A DNA stretch of 64,000 nucleotides from Armatimonadota bacterium (lineage in GTDB: Bacteria > Armatimonadota > Fimbriimonadia > Fimbriimonadales > GBS-DC): the NCBI GenBank assembly GCA_037445735.1, contig JBBIJY010000014.1:5175-69174 (forward strand). The letters are read 5' to 3'. Under the pieces are notes generated by a model. That model was not told the DNA's origin, did no database searches, and saw only the letters and a list, made by a program, of their open reading frames with translations. Shown one piece after another: positions 59,492 to 64,000 of the stretch (positions within the stretch are counted from its first letter, which is position 1; each line of letters begins with the position of its first letter). Made by a program: the position numbers and the translations under genes.

Positions 59492-60658
59492 ATGCGGTGG
59501 CTGTTGTGTGTGAGCGGGAGCCTCCTGCTTGGCTGGCTCTGGTCGAACCCGCCCGAACTGCAGGCACGAAGCGCGATTCTGATCGAAGCCAGCACGGGAC
59601 AGGTGCTGTTCGAAAAGAATCCCGACATGCCTCTGCCGCCTGCCAGCCTGACCAAGATGATGACCGCGCTGATTGTGCTGGAGCGGTGCGGTCTGGATGA
59701 GGTGGTGACGGCATCGGCGCGCGCGGCGCGCGCCCGCGCCAGCTCGCTCCACCTCAAAGCGGGTGAGCGGGTCACGGTGCGCGACCTGCTCTATGCGCTG
59801 CTGTTGCGCTCGGCGAACGACGCCGCTGTCGCGCTGGCGGAACATACCGCTGGCTCGGTGGAAGGCTTCGTGCAGCTTATGAACGCGAAGGCGCGAGCGC
59901 TGGGCGCCACGCACACCCATTTCGAGAACCCGCATGGACTTCATCACCCGCGCCATCTCTCCACCGCGCGCGACCTCGCGCTGATTGCCCGCGCCGCGAT
60001 GGAGAACCCCCAGTTCCGCGCGATTGTGTGCCAGCGCAGGGTGCAGATTGCGCGCTCGATAGACCAGCAGGACCGCTGGGTGGTCACGAAGGCGAAGTTT
60101 CTGGAGATGTACCCGTGGGCGGAGGGCATTAAGACGGGCTTCACGCGCCAGGCGGGGCTTTGCTTCGCAGGCGCCGCCAGCAAAGCGGGGCGACGGCTTA
60201 TCAGCGTCGTGTTGAACAGCCCCCAGCGCGAGCAGGACACCATCGCGCTGATGGAGTACGGCTTCAACGACTGGGTGCCTGTGGCGCTGGGTCAGGCAGG
60301 TCAGAGGGTGGGGCGCGCGCCTGTGAAGAACGGCGCTCAATCGGAAGTGCCCGTTCAGCTGGAGCAGGCGGCGATCTGGGTTGTGCCGCGAGCGGAGCAG
60401 CATCGCTATCGCTGGGTGCTGCTGCCCGTCGAGCTGCAGGCGCCTGTCGCGTCGAACACCCCCGCTGGCTGGGCGGTGCTGCAACGCGACGGTCAGCCTC
60501 TGCTCAAAATCCCGCTGCGAACCGCTCAGAGCGTGTCCGCGCGTCCCGCCTCCTACACAGGCATCCTGCTCGGTGGCAGTTTGAGCCTGATCGCCTATTC
60601 ACTCTTCCGCGTTCGCAGGACAAAACGCCCGCGCCCCGAACTGATACCGCGGAGGTGA
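59492..60658 (+). CDS. D-alanyl-D-alanine carboxypeptidase (S11)
   Basis: PASLTK; SAN; NPHGL; KTG. Confidence 0.94.
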   Translation: MRWLLCVSGSLLLGWLWSNPPELQARSAILIEASTGQVLFEKNPDMPLPPASLTKMMTALIVLERCGLDEVVTASARAARARASSLHLKAGERVTVRDLLYALLLRSANDAAVALAEHTAGSVEGFVQLMNAKARALGATHTHFENPHGLHHPRHLSTARDLALIARAAMENPQFRAIVCQRRVQIARSIDQQDRWVVTKAKFLEMYPWAEGIKTGFTRQAGLCFAGAASKAGRRLISVVLNSPQREQDTIALMEYGFNDWVPVALGQAGQRVGRAPVKNGAQSEVPVQLEQAAIWVVPRAEQHRYRWVLLPVELQAPVASNTPAGWAVLQRDGQPLLKIPLRTAQSVSARPASYTGILLGGSLSLIAYSLFRVRRTKRPRPELIPRR

Positions 60659-60662
60659 TTGC

Positions 60663-61283
60663 ATGCAACGCAGAGTCGCAGGGCGCGTGTGGGCGCTGGT
60701 GTTCGCCCTCGTGCTGATTGCCATCGTGGGCGTGCTGGGATGGTACTTCCTCATCTACACCCGCTCGCCTGGCTACGCCCTGAACCAGTTCTTTGACGCC
60801 GCGAAATCGAACGACAGCGAGCGGCTCGAACGCTATACCGACCGATCCGGCATGCTGATGATGCTTCTGCAGCAAATGGGCGATCCCGTGCAGCTGCTCT
60901 ATCCGGGCTATCAGCGTCAGGACATTGGCAAAGTAGAAAAGGTGGAGGTGGGCGCCATCACGGTGGAGGGCGAAACGGCGAAGGCGACTGTGACGATGGA
61001 GGTTGCCTCCCCACAGGGTCAGCGCCGCACCATGCGCCCAACCTATGTGCTGCGCAAAGTGGAGGGTCACTGGAAGGTCAATGTGCAGGATACGCTATGT
61101 GGCTCCTTCAACGAGTTTGTGCCTGCAGCTGCCCGCCAGATGGCAATTCGTCAGCTGCGTTCGATGGTCGCTCAGAATCCTGCTATGCTGCCAATGGCAC
61201 GGATGCAACTGCAGAGTCTGCGTGCGGAGATCGATAAATATCCGCAGTTTCGCGACTTTCTGCGCAGCCTGGGTCTCTATTGA
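60663..61283 (+). CDS. Hypothetical membrane-anchored protein (NTF2-like)
   Basis: N-terminal TM; SPGYAL; LRKVEGHWKV. Confidence 0.6.
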   Translation: MQRRVAGRVWALVFALVLIAIVGVLGWYFLIYTRSPGYALNQFFDAAKSNDSERLERYTDRSGMLMMLLQQMGDPVQLLYPGYQRQDIGKVEKVEVGAITVEGETAKATVTMEVASPQGQRRTMRPTYVLRKVEGHWKVNVQDTLCGSFNEFVPAAARQMAIRQLRSMVAQNPAMLPMARMQLQSLRAEIDKYPQFRDFLRSLGLY

Positions 61284-62570
61284 ATGGCGTTGCATAACGG
61301 TTCGAAAAGGCTCCGCTGGTACAGCGGGCTGACCGGCTATCACTGGCTGGTGCTGTCGGTCGCCGCCGCGGGCTGGATGTTCGACACGATGGATCAGTGG
61401 CTCTATGTGCTGGCGCGTCAGCCCGCGGTGGCGGATTTGCTGAACACCAGCCCTTCGGACCCGCGTGTGGCGCACTATTCGGGCATCGTGCAGGCGTGGT
61501 TCGTAATCGGGTGGGCGACGGGTGGCTTCCTGTTCGGGATAATCGGCGATCGGTTAGGGCGCACGCGCACGATGGCGCTCACCATCCTGATGTATGCGGG
61601 CTTCACGGGTCTGAGCGCGCTGGCGCAGAGCTGGCAGCAGCTGGCGCTGTTGCGTTTTCTGACGGGGCTGGGGATTGGCGGCGAGTTCGCGGCGGGCGCC
61701 GCGCTGGTCGCCGAGACCTTCCCTGCGCACGCGCGCCCCACCGCGCTCGGCATCATGCAGGCATGCTCGGCGATTGGCAACCTGATGGCAGCGATCCTCT
61801 ATCGGCTGGTTGGACCCGAGTACGGCTGGCGGTGGGTGTTCGCGATCGGCTTTTTGCCCGCGCTGCTGGTGTTTGTGATTCGGCTGTTTGTGCGGGAGCC
61901 GCAGCGCTGGGAGCAGGCGCGGGCGTCGGGTCAGCCGCTGGGCGCCCTCAGCGAGCTGTTCGGCGATCGGCTCTGGCGTCGCCATGTGCTGATTGGCATC
62001 GGGCTGGGCGCGGTGGGTGTGGTTGGCTTCTGGGGCATCGGCACATGGTCGCCCGATTTGCTGGCTCGCGCCCTGAACCCTGCAGGTGACCCTGCGCTGC
62101 GCCCGCTGGTCGAGGAGCAGAAGTCGTATGCGGTGATGGTTCAGCAGGTGGGCGCATTCTTCGGGATGCTGGGCTGGGCGATGCTGGCGCAGCGCATCGG
62201 GCGGCGCCCCACCTTCGCGCTCACCTTCTTCATGTGCCTGCTGATTGTGCCTGCCACCTTTTTCCTGACCACCTCCTTCGCGCGGGCGATGCTGCTCTAT
62301 CCGCTGCTGGGCTTTTTCACCACCGCGCTGTTTGCGGGCTACGCCGTCTATTTCCCGGAGCTGTTCCCCACGCGCCTGCGGGCGACGGGCGTCGGGTTCT
62401 GTTATAATGTGGCGCGCTATCTGGCAGCCGCCGCGCCCTACACCTTCGGGCTGTTGACCGCCCACTTCAGCATCCAGTGGGCAGCGACTCTGCTTTCAGG
62501 CGTGTTCCTGCTGGGGCTGATGATACTGCTGCTCGCGCCCGAAACGAAAGACCAGCCCCTGCCAGCATGA
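61284..62570 (+). CDS. MFS transporter
   Basis: GDRLGR; RFLTGLGIGGEF; ELFPTRLRATG; PET. Confidence 0.94.
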   Translation: MALHNGSKRLRWYSGLTGYHWLVLSVAAAGWMFDTMDQWLYVLARQPAVADLLNTSPSDPRVAHYSGIVQAWFVIGWATGGFLFGIIGDRLGRTRTMALTILMYAGFTGLSALAQSWQQLALLRFLTGLGIGGEFAAGAALVAETFPAHARPTALGIMQACSAIGNLMAAILYRLVGPEYGWRWVFAIGFLPALLVFVIRLFVREPQRWEQARASGQPLGALSELFGDRLWRRHVLIGIGLGAVGVVGFWGIGTWSPDLLARALNPAGDPALRPLVEEQKSYAVMVQQVGAFFGMLGWAMLAQRIGRRPTFALTFFMCLLIVPATFFLTTSFARAMLLYPLLGFFTTALFAGYAVYFPELFPTRLRATGVGFCYNVARYLAAAAPYTFGLLTAHFSIQWAATLLSGVFLLGLMILLLAPETKDQPLPA

Positions 62571-62580
62571 GCACCCGTAC

Positions 62581-63333
62581 CTAATTTCGATCCCAGCCCC
62601 ACGGCGCCCAGGGACCTATCGGCTCATCATCCCCGCCAGGGCAGTAGGGCGGGTTCGTCCAGTTCGAAGCCGTGTGCCAGTCGCCCCGCAACGAGGGGCG
62701 CAACCATTGGGCGTGCCCATCCAGATACAGAATGTCTGTGCCGCCGTTGTGCTGAAACCAGATCTCGTTGGTCTGGGCGCAGTCGATGTCGGTGTCGGCG
62801 GTTCCGTTCGGCAGCCCATCTCGCCCCTGAACCTCCAGCAGGAACAGAGACTCAGCGGGGTAGCGCCACTGCCCAGCAAACGGATAATCCAGCACATGCT
62901 CGGAGACCGCATAGCTCATCCAGAACTCATAGGTGCGGCGCGAGGTCATTCGCAATCCCCATTCGGGCAGCGGCGGCGTGCGAAAGTTGGGCGACATCAC
63001 AACCGGGTTGCTGGGGCAGCTGAAAAAGTTGCCGCGTGGAGTCTGAATATCGCCCGGCTTCATCTTTGTGTAGGGGATGAGCAGGAATGGCCACCAGTCT
63101 TCCATCCAGAAGCGGTTGGGTACATTCGGTCCCGCCTTGCCAAACAGCCAGTCGTCATAGTCGGTCATGTACATCTGGCTGGCAAGCCCCAATTGCTTCA
63201 GGTTCGACAGGCATTGTGCTTGACGCCCTTTCTCGCGCGCCTGTGCGAACACGGGGAACAGAATCGCCGCCAGAAGGGCGATAATCGCGATGACCACCAG
63301 CAGCTCAATCAGCGTAAAACCGTCTCGTCGCAT
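62581..63333 (-). CDS. DUF1559 / prepilin-type protein (H-X9-DG)
   Basis: [14 protein letters not shown]; [14 protein letters not shown]. Confidence 0.92.
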   Translation of the reverse strand: MRRDGFTLIELLVVIAIIALLAAILFPVFAQAREKGRQAQCLSNLKQLGLASQMYMTDYDDWLFGKAGPNVPNRFWMEDWWPFLLIPYTKMKPGDIQTPRGNFFSCPSNPVVMSPNFRTPPLPEWGLRMTSRRTYEFWMSYAVSEHVLDYPFAGQWRYPAESLFLLEVQGRDGLPNGTADTDIDCAQTNEIWFQHNGGTDILYLDGHAQWLRPSLRGDWHTASNWTNPPYCPGGDDEPIGPWAPWGWDRN

Positions 63334-63448
63334 GATGTGTCCTCCACCAGCAGAAGCATAGTCGACTCTTCTTTAAGATTTTGTTAAAAATGGCGTTTTT
63401 AATCCATTCTTAATAATGACAGAGGTAGAGTAGGCTGGAGGTTGAACG

Positions 63449-64000
63449 ATGAGAGCAACGAGGAGAGTAGCGAGCATGTTGACCCTGATTGCAGGGCTGG
63501 CGATAGCCGCCCCGGCTCAGGTCTGGATTAGCGAAGCGCTGATAAACCCGCCTGGCTCGCCTGATGCGGGACGCGAGTTTATCGAACTGCGCAGTTGCCA
63601 GCCGAACTGGTCGCTGCAGGGCGTCTGGATTATTGGCATCGATGGCGAATCGTTGTTTAACCCGGGCAACATCCACTGGGCGATTGACCTCAGTGCCTAC
63701 AGCACGGGTTCGAACGGGCTGATTTTGATCCGCGACGCCTCGCGCGTTCTGCTCCCAGAGCCTGACCCTGCCACGACCGTTGTGGTGATCACGGAGGCGT
63801 TCACGCCTGCTGGCATGCAGAACGACAGCTATACAGTGGCAGTGGTGCGCAACTTCCGCGGCCAGCCGAACGATGATATCGATCAGGACAACGACGGCGT
63901 CATCGATAATGTGCTGTGGGATGAAGCGTACGACGCTATCGGCTGGCTGGACGGTGAAACGGCGTCTGGTGAAGTGGATCAGGTCTACAGTGTGGCGCTG
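63449..64000 (+). CDS. Secreted lamin-tail-domain-like protein (runs off window end)
   Basis: Manual translation MRATRRVASMLTLIAGLAIAAPAQVWISEALINPPGSPDAGREFIELR...DIDQDNDGVID; GGAGG RBS. Confidence 0.7.
   Translation, partial: MRATRRVASMLTLIAGLAIAAPAQVWISEALINPPGSPDAGREFIELRSCQPNWSLQGVWIIGIDGESLFNPGNIHWAIDLSAYSTGSNGLILIRDASRVLLPEPDPATTVVVITEAFTPAGMQNDSYTVAVVRNFRGQPNDDIDQDNDGVIDNVLWDEAYDAIGWLDGETASGEVDQVYSVAL

Noticed and set aside
57791-60658. 897-aa and 704-aa overlapping ORFs
   Set aside because: Each is a real gene with an upstream extension that runs antisense through its divergent neighbour.

Overview
GC-rich bacterial chromosomal window. It is probably from a diderm Armatimonadota-like organism; this is inferred from three DUF1559/prepilin-type genes, a PEP-CTERM protein, futalosine-pathway mqnC and lnt. 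Most of it is housekeeping, envelope and metabolic genes: glnA (partial), mqnC, recA, lemA, mrdA, PBP1A, coaBC, rpmE, nuoL, tyrA, accA/accD, lnt, acs, arsC, rdgB, dac and an MFS transporter. The standout is a compact four-gene minus-strand operon (46812-49396) that looks like a prokaryotic ubiquitin-type conjugation system. It encodes an atypical 66-aa Gly-terminated modifier, an E2/UBC-like enzyme with a Cys-Leu-His motif, a JAB-peptidase/ThiF(E1) fusion and a tandem CxxC..HxxC zinc-finger protein. Other notable items are ANTAR-type hairpins in the glnA leader, a REP-like palindrome family (inside MITE-like elements and in-frame inside tyrA and PBP1A), a decayed DDE insertion sequence, a BCCP-like protein with no biotinylation lysine, repeated signs of leaderless transcription and a possible 6S-like structured RNA. 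All family calls come from motif recognition by eye; no database searches were run.
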